Shown: positions 12,411 to 23,739 of the stretch, in pieces
How positions within the stretch are numbered: the stretch's first letter is position 1
Layout of the letters: each line of letters starts with the position of its first letter
Source of the DNA: Octopus bimaculoides
Lineage: Eukaryota
Length of the DNA: 64,000 nucleotides
Reading direction: 5' to 3'
Assembly (NCBI RefSeq): GCF_001194135.2
Contig: NC_068981.1
Coordinates: 43,310,224-43,374,223 of the forward strand
The notes under the pieces: model-generated
Databases searched by the model: none
What the model was told of the DNA's origin: nothing
What the model saw: the letters and a program-made list of their open reading frames with translations, nothing else
Made by a program: the position numbers and the translations under genes

Positions 12411-15159
12411 GTACGCTTAATTCAGAGATCTGGTCTAAATGTTAAAGGCTGTTAAGCACCAGGTGATCGTGTTAAATTGGGTGATGGATTACACTTACCA
12501 CCCAAGTGGATATAATTTAGGCTCAAAAAGCAAAGTGGAACAAATACTATGAGGTATCTAAGCTGATGCTTCTACAATTCTGCCATTCCACTACATCAGA
12601 TCTGTACTTATCAATCCCAGAAGGATAAAAGGAAAATTTGTCTGCAGTGAATGAGATTTGAACTCATAACACAAGAAGCTTGAATAAATACCACAAAGCA
12701 TTTCGCTATTGCTCTTATGAATGTGCCAATTCACTAATTAGTAACATTTTGAAACTGATAAATACATTTTATTAGTTTGCTGTAAGGAAGTCAAACTTCT
12801 CTTGTAGTCAAGGTGAGTAAAGGTGTTGACTTTCTCAACTCTCATCCAGTGTATGGAAGTATACCATGGTACCTTCTGTGGTTCTTGACCGAAGAGGCTA
12901 TCCCCTTTCTAAAATATTATTCGAAAGTGTTGTAGTATACATGTACTTATTCTTGTATCGAATATGCTATATCATTTGGGTTATATCCTAGCCTCTGGAG
13001 ATGATGTTAGCCTATAGCAAATTTTGCATATCGAAGAATTTTTTACGGAGAACTCCAAGTTAGCAAAGCACTTATTACTGGTCACTGTTGTTTACATCGG
13101 TGAATTTGATGCTTGTTTGCAAGTATATAGCTCTGGTCACTGGAAGCTATGTTATTTTGCCAGAAACACAGCTAAATATCATGAATGAAAAACAGAAAAA
13201 AGAAAAAGCCTTATTTACAATTCTGCTGTATTTATACAGCAGAATTATGAAGCTAAAAACCTCAAAACTGTGATTTTATTCTTGTTGTTGTTGATGATGA
13301 TGAAGATGATAAAGATGATGATGATGACAACAGGATACTAATAGATAAATAAAAAGCAAAAAGTCTCTCTGTTTCGGAATTAATTCATTAAAATTTAGAC
13401 ATCTGATCTTTAAATTATTAATTTTTATGAAGGTCAAAATGCTATGTTTTTGTCTTTGAAAGGTCATCATACTATATTTTCTGAATAAATGTCTAAGATG
13501 GAAATATTTGAACTTTTAAGAGTAATTACAAATTTTCTCTCTCCTTTAGAACTCCAGTTCCTGATTAATGTATTTCCTTTCTATTGGATTATAAAACACT
13601 GAATATGACTGGTGATTTCCTACCAGTTTTTAATAAATTTCTCTACTTCTATTATCTATTATGGAATATTAATATATCTCTTTATAACTTATATATTTGG
13701 ATGTAAGATTCTTATTTGTAGATAGATCACTCGAGCTATTCTTCAGCGCAAATGCAGTGGCCAGAAACATAGTATAACATATCAAAGTACCCTTTAGTTC
13801 TGCTTCACCTATGAACAACAAGCAAATGAACAAATTTAATCTCTCAGCAGTTAATCAAAAGTAAAGTAGCCTTCCCACTTATATTGAAGTGGAGTTGTTT
13901 TAGTCGATAATTCACACTAGTGTTGGCAACCTTTCTCTCTTTCTGAAAGGCAAATGACACAATTATCACAAATATCAACATCTCTGTTTGGCGTCATTCT
14001 ACAGTATCCTGATAATAACAATTAAGTATATTACCATTTCATAAAGAGTTTGCTGTTCACTATATTAGTGAAAAAGGCTTGGAACAAGCAGGCCAATTTC
14101 CTACAAATATTTTGAATTAACATAAACTAATGTGTAGAAAAGAATCCACTTAAGAAACAAAATAAATCTGACATATTTTGGGCACTGTTTAGAACATAAT
14201 ATTCTACAGAACAGAACAGCAACAATCATTCTTATTTCCTTAACATGAATCTAATGCTACTTATAAGAGATAGCATGACTATTAGCCTTATACATGAAAA
14301 TTATTGATTTTCTTCAAAGGTATTTTTTCTTTTTTATATAAGAGATGGAGTGATGCCAATTCTATTAGCCACAGTATACAACTGGGATTGTGCTGCTATT
14401 AAACACGCACCCTAGACTACATATAAACACTACACATATTGAGTTATTACTAGGACTTGCTAATGCACTACTAACAATACCATTCAGATCTACTAGTCTT
14501 CTGTTTACCTCAACCAACAGTACTACAATAGAATCTGAAATAATATGGTGTACCTAAACTCAAGACCAAGACCAACTTTTAGCTATAGCCCTTCATCTTT
14601 ACTATCTATTTACAGTGTCTAATCTCTGCAAATAATTTAAAGAGAAGAAGAGAGACATACACACAAACACACACACAGATATATGCTCACATGTGCAAAC
14701 GCAGGTATATATATATATATATATTAGTTATATTGAGAAAACATATATAGGGTAGAGAAATTAGAGACATTTTCTACCAGTGACTAGCATGCATAAAATA
14801 GTCAATAGACAACATATTCTTCATATAAAATTAGTGTACAATTATACACAAAATAAGTGACCCTAACAGGACACATTACATGCTAAAAGGAACAGTCAAA
14901 GCCCAAACCATGGTTAAAAGTAATTTTGAAGGGGATGAAAAATAAAAACATTTTCAATAGTTACCACTTGTACCTAGGTTTTGAACATTAATGATCAAAT
15001 AAAATAATTTGTTATCCGTTTTCTTCATCAGCAAGGGTTCTAATAATTAACGTGTAACTATGGAACAAATAGAAAGCACATGTCTCATCTTTATTCATTC
15101 TAATTTTTCATATCCACTGCGCAAGCGCAGTTATAGTCGGCAGCAGATAAAAATTTTTA

Positions 15160-15536
15160 TTTCCTGACTGGCACATAAGAAGCACTATATGAATGTGGTC
15201 GATGCCAGGTCCACCTGATAGGCTCCCATGCTGGTGGCACATAAAAAGCACTATCTGAATGTGATCGATCCCAGGACTGCTTGACTGGCTCCCGTGCCGG
15301 TGGGACATAAAAAGCACTATCCAAATGTGGCTGATGCCAGTGTCCCCTGACTCACTCCCATGCCGGTTGCACATAAAAAGCATTATCTGAACGTGATCGA
15401 TACCAGGCTCGCCTGATTGGATCCTGTGCTGGTGGCATTTAGAAAAACACCCACTACACTCTCAGTGGTTAGTGTTAGGAAGGGCATCCAGCTGTAGAAA
15501 CATTGCCAGATCAGATTGGAGCCTGGTGCAGCTGCT
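15160..15536 (+). mobile_element. RTE 3' UTR copy with ~5 tandem ~60-bp units, 3'-truncated
   Basis: Repeated GGTGGCACATAAAAAGCACTATCTGAATGTGRTCGATNCCAG units followed by the standard tail. Confidence 0.85.
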
Positions 15537-15994
15537 TTAAGGCCTCTCAGAAAGGTGCAATGTTATAACATTAACCAGCTATATAAGGCAATTAAAAGAG
15601 GGAATGCTACAGAGTATTAACTTAAAGGTGCTGGAAGAAAGTGGGTCATACCGCAATGGAAGCAAATGGTGCTAACTTTGATTGGCTGAAAGGTGACTCA
15701 GGTGCCTCCTTGAATTCAAAAGTAAAATGTTTACCTGATGTCATCATGGCAAATTAGTCATTTTGCTCTTGCATGTTTGTGGACTGGAAAATGAAGAGAC
15801 ATACACAAACTGACCAATCATCTTCGGCACAGGGGAAGATAACTCTTTCCCTCTCAGAATGGTTTTTTTTATTTCAGTTTTTTTCACCAACGAACTGACC
15901 AAGAGTGCATATTTACCTCCATTAGTAAAGAGGCTATATGCTTCCTGCTGGCAAGTCTTATGAGTCACCCACATTGACAAGTGCAATAATAGGT

Positions 15995-16317
15995 NNNNNN
16001 NNNNNNNNNNNNNNNNNNNNNNNNNNNNNNNNNNNNNNNNNNNNNNNNNNNNNNNNNNNNNNNNNNNNNNNNNNNNNNNNNNNNNNNNNNNNNNNNNNNN
16101 NNNNNNNNNNNNNNNNNNNNNNNNNNNNNNNNNNNNNNNNNNNNNNNNNNNNNNNNNNNNNNNNNNNNNNNNNNNNNNNNNNNNNNNNNNNNNNNNNNNN
16201 NNNNNNNNNNNNNNNNNNNNNNNNNNNNNNNNNNNNNNNNNNNNNNNNNNNNNNNNNNNNNNNNNNNNNNNNNNNNNNNNNNNNNNNNNNNNNNNNNNNN
16301 NNNNNNNNNNNNNNNNN
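15995..16317. other. Assembly gap
   Basis: N run abutting (TA)n/(GATA)n. Confidence 1.
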
Positions 16318-16335
16318 TATATATATATATATATG

Positions 16336-16370
<35 letters not shown>

Positions 16371-17174
16371 GTAGATAGATAGATAGATAGAAAGATAGAT
16401 ATTCATAAAGTTTTAAATTGTAAACATTGTTGCGAAGAATAAACAGATGTAGACATTTTTTAAATCTCTCCGTGGCATTAGTTAATTAGCTAAATTGCCA
16501 ATGAGGGCATTAATTAAATACATCACTAATTAAACACATTGTGAATGACTGCATCGATATGCAAAATAGAGAAACCATTTGGCTAAGTGCTGGCTTGTGT
16601 TTCATATAAACAGCTATAAGCTATCAAACTATGCATAGAGAGAAAATGATGGTACATCTACGAATTATTTTTAATTGAAAGTAAACTTGTAACAATTTCT
16701 GTATGTTGGCTCCCTCAAACAAGTACTATAAGTAATTCATTTAACATCTTTCTTTATGCTATAAGGCTTTTAATTCATGAATTATAATCAATAATTCTGT
16801 TAAGAAAACTTTAGATTATGTAATATTAAACTTGTTTCAGTCATGATAGGCCACTGTCTTGAAGCATACCAAGGGATATACTAACCGGATTTACTCCTTC
16901 ACTTCTTGTATAAAATAGGTATAAAAATTAGGAAAATATATGTACTGGATGTGTCGAAACAGTCATTGTGAGCAATAAAGTTTTCTGTGTATTCTATTTT
17001 CTCTCTCTATTATTTGTTTTATATTCAACATACACTGAGTAATTCCTGAGGTAGATCCAGCAACAATTGTGTAATTACTGTGGATGACATCAGGTAGACA
17101 TACGCAATGAACATGCTAGGAACATAAGCAACATATGCAACTCTTAAATATCAACTTATATATAGGGAGAATTC

Positions 17175-17390
17175 ACAAAAAAACAACAGACGAAGACAGG
17201 TGGTGTAAACAACAAATGGATGTATTAGTATAACGCTCGGGAATAGAGAAAGTCTTTAACGTCTCGANNNNNNNNNNATTAGTATAACGCTCGGGAATAG
17301 AGAAAGTCTTTAACGTCTCGAGCCTACGCTCTTCAACAGAAAGGAACACAGAAAGAAACAAGGAGAAAAAAAATATGTGTAGTGGTCAGC
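17175..17390 (-). mobile_element. Penelope-like terminal repeat (pLTR) fragment with degenerate minimal hammerhead motif
   Basis: Minus strand CTGTTGA-A-GAGC-GTAG-GCTC-GAGAC at 17339-17316 fits the CUGANGA-stemII-GAAAC layout; part is duplicated across a 10-N gap. Confidence 0.55.
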
Positions 17391-17623
17391 TATCTATCTA
17401 TCTTATATGTGTGTGTGTGTATGTGTGTTTTATGAATGTATGCAGGTGTATGTGTGTGTGTGTGTTTGTGTGTGTGTGGTGGTTGTGAAAAAATATGGTG
17501 GAAACTGAAAATGGGAAGGGTTTTAGTTTAACAAATAAAATATTGCAGATTTTTAAGTACAAAAATTAAGTCTACAACAATTAACTTTATGAGAAAGTTT
17601 GTTATGCAGAATATATCACCAAC

Positions 17624-17930
17624 CGATCATGACCATCGCCAGTACCACCTGACTGGCTCCTGTGCTGGTGGCATGTAAAAAGCACCATCTGAATGTGATT
17701 GTTGCCAGGCCCGCCTTACTGCACGTAAAAAGCACCCACTACACTCGTGAGTGGTTGGTGTTGGGAAGGGCATCCAGCAGTAGAAACTCTGCCAGACCAG
17801 ACTAGAGTCTGCTGCAGCTGCTGGCTCTCCAGACCTCAGTCAAACCGTCCAACCTATGCCAGCATAGAAAACGGACATTAATCAATGATGATGATGATGA
17901 TGATGAGGATGATGATGATGGTGATGATGA
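17624..17930 (+). mobile_element. RTE 3' UTR/tail copy
   Basis: Family match, (GAT)n tail. Confidence 0.85.
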
Positions 17931-18239
17931 TATACACACACACACACATATACATACTTATATATATGTATATGCTAAAGCAGACAACTTGCAAGCTGAA
18001 TTCAAATGTAAATACTTTGTCTTATGCATAATATCTTTGGAGATATGCAAAGAGGTTTCTGTCTACCTACCTATCTGTCTGCCTGTCTGTCTGTCTGTCT
18101 GTCTGCCTGCCTGTCTGTCTATAAATGTTTGTTTTTATGTTCAGTTATAATAAAAATAATTTTAAATTAGTCTAAAAGTTTACTATATACCTTTGTAATG
18201 CAAAATAAATATTTGATAATAATAATAATAATGATAATA

Positions 18240-18632
18240 CGAGAAAAAAATGCTTTCTAATTGATGTATCAATATCAGCAGATGACAATGTTTCTGTAAA
18301 AGAAACAGAGAAACTTTCAAAATACAAAGATCTGGAAATAGAGGTAACTTGAATGTGGAGCCTAAAAGCAGAAACAATTCCTATTATAGTTGTTGCATTA
18401 GGTATGATAAAAATGACGTTCAGACAAATACATAACAAAAACACCGGAACTAACAAATATATATAACATACAGAAAATAACACTACTAAGCACTGCACAC
18501 ATCCTACGCAAAACACTTTCAATACAGTAACCATAAGAGCATCACAACAAACCACAGTACATACCCAAGGCACACAGAGCTGTGCTCAGTAGTGCAGTAA
18601 ATGCACGTGATAAAAATAAGACAACTGAGTAA
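18240..18632 (+). mobile_element. R4/Dong-clade non-LTR element, 3' fragment with restriction-like endonuclease domain
   Basis: KKCFLIDVSISADDNVSVKETEKLSKYKDLEIEVT*MWSLKAETIPIIVVALGMI...NIQKITLLSTAHILRKTLSIQ*; flanked by (TAA)n-like tracts. Confidence 0.85.
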
Positions 18633-18644
18633 TAACAATAATAA

Positions 18645-19200
18645 ATGCCCTGATGCAGTACCATGCACTGGCTCACATGGCTTCTGTTCTTAACTCATTG
18701 GAAGTGTTATTATGTATGTGTTTTGTCTTGGTATAAAAGATGGGCTACGGTAAATATTCTGCTCAATACCATAGATTTGCTTGGAAGTTGTTTGACCTTA
18801 ATCATTTGAGCATGTCCCTTAGTAGCTGATGATATGAACATCTTCTCTGATCATGAGCAGAAGTAGTGGGGGAACATCATAGCCATGTGCTGAGAGGAAT
18901 TTTGGGGGTTTGAATAATTCATCTCTGGAAACATGGGTGTTTTGTTCAACATTCTTAAACAACCCTTATTCAAGGACCTTTTAAGTGGGATGGGCTACTC
19001 GACCTGAAGAAAATTCTAACTGGGCCTCACCTGCAAGGTCATGTGCTGTTTATCTTGATATGAGATTACCATGTCATGCACATATGGTTGTGATGCATGT
19101 GCTTGGTGTACCTTTATCAGACGGGTAGTCATGCTGGGTATATTGGGCTTCGTATATTTTACCCCAGTCTCACTTTGATGGCATGTACTGCTCTCTCACT
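18645..19200 (+). mobile_element. ~555-bp non-coding retroposon-like element ending in (AAT)n
   Basis: Complex non-coding block bounded by TAA repeats, ending CTGCTCTCTCACTC(AAT)n; family assignment is inference. Confidence 0.6.
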
Positions 19201-19201
19201 C

Positions 19202-19251
<50 letters not shown>

Positions 19252-19489
19252 TAATAATATTAATAATGATAATAATAATAAATATATATATATATATACA
19301 TATATATACAAATATATAACCACAAACACACAGACACACACACACACACACACACACATATTTATATATGTGTAGTGTTTGCTAAGAACCTATAGATATA
19401 TTCTGTAGTATAGCATTGCAGTTTTAAATGCAAGGCAGAGAGCATGACAAGGCTGTACGTTTTGAATTACTGATGCAACTCACACGACT

Positions 19490-19650
19490 GGCTTCTGTTT
19501 AGTTTCTGTCTACTAGATTTCACTCATAATGTATGGTTCAACTCAAAACTACAGAATATGATGGTTGCTTAAATGCTGTCATGCAATGGGATTGAACCTG
19601 TGACCTCATGATTGGGAAATGAACTTCTTAACTATTCAGCCATACTGTGC
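19490..19650 (-). mobile_element. Degenerate SINE family D head
   Basis: Diverged reverse complement of the 40222 head (GGGATTGAACC B-box, TTTCTGTCTACTAGATTTCACTCA). Confidence 0.6.
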
Positions 19651-19810
19651 CTCTGAATATGTGTGTGTGTGCGTGTATGTGTGTGCGAGACTGTCTTCTC
19701 TGATGTATTTATGTATTTATTTCAGACTTGTTGATTAGTGCGCTTGACTTCAGTCAACTGCATGAAACCTTTAGGTATGTAGAAATAATCCAGTTTATGA
19801 AAATACAATT

Positions 19811-19918
19811 ATATATATATATATATGTATGTATATATATATATATATGTATATAAACTTAGATAGCTAGACATATTCATATACCTATATATATAAACTA
19901 TATATCTATATATATATG

Positions 19919-19957
<39 letters not shown>

Positions 19958-20049
19958 GTATGTATATATATATATATATGTATATAAACTTAGATAGCTA
20001 GACATATTCATATACCTATATATATAAACTATATATCTATATATATATG

Positions 20050-20090
<41 letters not shown>
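19811..20090. repeat. TA-rich tandem duplication, ~131-bp period
   Basis: GTATATAAACTTAGATAGCTAGACATATTCATATACC... at ~19849 and ~19980. Confidence 0.9.
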
Positions 20091-20093
<3 letters not shown>

Positions 20094-21252
20094 CATATTT
20101 ATGTATGTATTATTTATATTTATGTATATCAACTAAGAGTGTTTAAGAGAGGAAGATAGGCTGAGAGAGAAAGAGAGATGGAAAAAGAGAGAGAGAAAGA
20201 TGGGGAGAGTGGGAGTGTGTGTGTGGAACTTTGATCTTTGCCTCCTGAAGCTAAAAGAGTTTGAGTTAAAAAGAAATCATTATGTATACACACTGCCCTC
20301 AGCTATAGTCTTGGAAGAGTTGCTTCTCAGATATTAAGATATTTACGAAATAGAAAATTCTGTTTAGAATATTTACAGATTTATAGAATGCTTGTATTTA
20401 AAAGGCATCTTGGGTGTTGGTAGCAGTCGTTGACTTGACTTTGAAAGGTGTTGAAATAATCAATTGGTTTCAAAATGATAAAGTGAAAATAGTTTCCTTG
20501 TTTATTTCTTTACCTTTTTTTTTTTTTGAAAGAATCTTTTCTCTCTTCTTATCTGTTTAGTTTCTTTTCTTTTTTGCTAAAAATAATTTTCCTTGATAGT
20601 AGGAGCCAACATTAATTATTTCAAAGCAGAAGCGATAGACATAACGAACTGCAACAACAACCTCAATAACACTAACAGTAACAACAACAACAACAACAAC
20701 AATAATAATAATAATAATAATAATGATAAAGAAAATAAGAATAATGATGGTAGTAATGATAACAATACAATAAATTTTAAAAAATAAGTAAATTTCTGAA
20801 AACCAACAATATAGAAATAAAACAGCAAGCAAAAATAACATTTTTTCTATAAATTTTGCTTTTTAAAAATTTTTTTGTTTGAAAAATATATTATTTGCTC
20901 GTATTTATTTTTGTCAGTTGCTGGTTGAAGGAAGGAATATGCTCGGAATAATAATAGAATTAAAAAAAAAGTCTGGTGTAAAACAAGAGAATATGTTGAT
21001 ATACTGCAGAGGAAGCTGTGAAGTAAATGGAACAAAAGAAGAGAAGAAAAAAACAACACGTCTTTATTATTTTCTTTTTCTATCATTGTATAATTATTCA
21101 GAAACAAGAAAGCACACACACACACGCACGCGCACACACTCACACATGCGTGCACAAACTCACATACACATACAAACCCACACACATATGCATACATATA
21201 TTCACAGATAATTTATCATCATCTTCAATCTTTGGTCACTTCAGCCCTTCAG

Positions 21253-21327
21253 CTGTGGCTGCTACAAAATTTCAGGTCTTCTTAATTTTCACTCCGGGTT
21301 GACTGCCATCTATGGGTTTGGGCAGAG
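21253..21327 (+). CDS. Candidate exon (CGCYKISGLLNFHSGLTAIYGFGQ); alternative acceptors give starts at 21245 or 21276
   Basis: Three TTCAG acceptors all compatible with one open frame; donor AG|GTTAGT. Confidence 0.4.
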
Positions 21328-22220
21328 GTTAGTGGGCAACATTCTTTGATATTAAGATGCACTACCACTCATGTCTAGAATCATATCTTTGTTGCTTTAC
21401 TACAAGTCTCCTCTGAGCATGTAAATCTATGATTTAATATATTCCAACTATGATTATGCCTTCTTCTTTTTAAACATTAAACCTTGGTGTCAAGTACTAA
21501 CTTTTCTAATGTGTCCATTCAGTTTTCAAAACAGTAGGTTTGATCAGAGGAATGCTGGACTCTTATTTCAAGTTGATCAAGCAATTGCAAATACACTCTT
21601 TCAGTAGTTTACTTGTGTATGAATAGTTTATCTCTACATGTCTTGTTTTTAACAATTATATTTATATATACTGATTCTTAGTTAGGTACACCATATCCCT
21701 GAGTACCATAAAGGGACAACTAAAAGGACTGATATAAGGAAGGGCATCTCATCATAAAACACTGATTTTAGAATGTCTCAGCTAACCCATAGCAGTAAGG
21801 AAAAGAAAATGTATGTCAAAATAATAAAGATGACAATGATGCTGAAAATGATGATGTGGCAGAGAAGGAGAACTATGATGATGATGACAACAAGAACAAG
21901 GATGATGATGATCTCATCTGTTGTTTGTTAGCTGTAAGTTATAAAAGAAAGGTTGAAAGTTATTTGGTGTGTCTGGAAGAGAACAGGTCACCAGCTAACA
22001 GAGATGACTCACTCGTGTCTGTTAGCTAATTAGTTAAGATGTTATAGTTTAGTAACTGCCAGTTGTTATTGTTGACTAGCCACAAGTGAACTTACATTAT
22101 GCTTTAAGCAATGATCATCAGATGTAAACATGGATATGTGCTTAAGGAGCTTTCTTTGAAACTGTGGTTTCAAATTCAATCTCACTATACTGCACTTTGG
22201 GTCAGTATCATTAACCATAT

Positions 22221-22607
22221 CAGTGGAGGTGCAATGGCCCAGTGGTTAGGGCAGTGGACTCGCGGTCATAGGATCGCGGTTTCGATTCTCAGATTGGGCA
22301 TTGTGAGTGTTTATTGAGCGAAAACACCTAAAGCTCCATGAGACTCCGGCAGGGGATGGTGATGAACCCTGCTGTACTCTTTCACCACAACTTTCTCTCA
22401 CTTTTTCCTCCTGTTTCTGTTGTGCCTGTAATTCAAAGGGTCAGCCTTGTCACACTGTGTTATGCTGAATATCCCCGAGAACTACGTTAAGGGTACACGT
22501 GTCTGTGGAGTGCTCAGCCACTTGCACGTTAATTTCACGAGCAGGCTGTTCCATTGATCAAATCAACTGGAACCCTCGACATCATAAGCGACGGAGTGCC
22601 AACAACA
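22221..22607 (+). mobile_element. Full-length tRNA-derived SINE (family B) with 11-bp TSD
   Basis: A-box TGGCCCAGTGG, B-box GGTTTCGATTC, (CAA)n tail; ATTAACCATAT at 22210-22220 and 22608-22618. Confidence 0.9.
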
Positions 22608-23348
22608 ATTAACCATATTTGGAACTGACCACCATCATGTGATATATATTTTAGCTCATGGAAACTGTGAAGAAATAAATCATGTTTATAAATAACAACT
22701 TTTATTGAGCTTCACAGTTTGGTACTAAAATCATAGCCATCCAAGGAGTATGACTTGGTTGCTAATTGGTGTGCTAATTGATTTAGTTGCTTAGATAGTT
22801 GTATTCAGGTATAAACATTGTACTGTTATCAGATATAGACATTGTCACTGTACCAATCTGTATTCTATTCTTTACCACCATCTTGTACATAATGCATTCT
22901 ACAGTCACTCTGTGTATACTATCAATCATCATTTCCACTTCCCAAGCCAGTTGTTGTCAGTGTATGTACATCATTCTGTCTCATTCTTTATTATCATTCA
23001 CCCCAACTAGTTTGTTTCAATCATCATACTGTTTGTTCTCTTCATCACTTATCTTGGTTTTCTTGTGTCATCACTTTATCTATTATTTACCTTCTTGTAT
23101 CATTACCTCAAGTGAACTGACGACATAGAGTTATGAGGGCGTTACTTGTGTTGGTAACAATGCATGCAGTACTCTTTGTAAAGCGGTTGGTGTTACAATG
23201 AGGATTCTGTTGTAGAATCTGACCAAAATGAAATGTGTGGGACCACTCATTCAAGGACTGATCAATGTCTTGTGAGTGAAAGTGGTTGATGGAAAAATAT
23301 GTGTTTGTGAGTGTGCATTTGCATGTGTGTATGTATGTGTGTGTATGT

Positions 23349-23387
<39 letters not shown>

Positions 23388-23462
23388 CGTATGCATGTGT
23401 GTGTGTTTATCTCTCTGTTTTCACTTTAACATTACTTTAAAAAATGGTGTTTGGTGCATGAG

Positions 23463-23502
<40 letters not shown>

Positions 23503-23576
23503 CCTACATGCACATACATACATACACACACATACACATACATATATATGTGTGTATAGGTATATATATATGTTTG

Positions 23577-23628
<52 letters not shown>

Positions 23629-23739
23629 TGGGAAAGCTGCAAGTTCATCAGAGATAGTTGTAGAGATGTTCAAAATTATTTAGTGTTGTAGTTAATCAGA
23701 TCACACTGGAAGGTGCCATACCCAATGACTGGCATAGCA

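Noticed and set aside
15160-15460. CRISPR-like array of ~60-bp units
   Set aside because: Units are internal tandem repeats of the RTE 3' UTR with no unique spacers.
20557-21302. Poly-N/poly-I/HT-repeat ORFs here and at 6522, 19097, 23311, 25488 and 58672
   Set aside because: Translations of (AAT)n, (CA)n, (TA)n and (GA)n microsatellites.
22221-22300. Functional tRNA gene
   Set aside because: A/B boxes are present, but there is no complete cloverleaf and it continues into a SINE body with TSD; the same applies to the other SINE heads.
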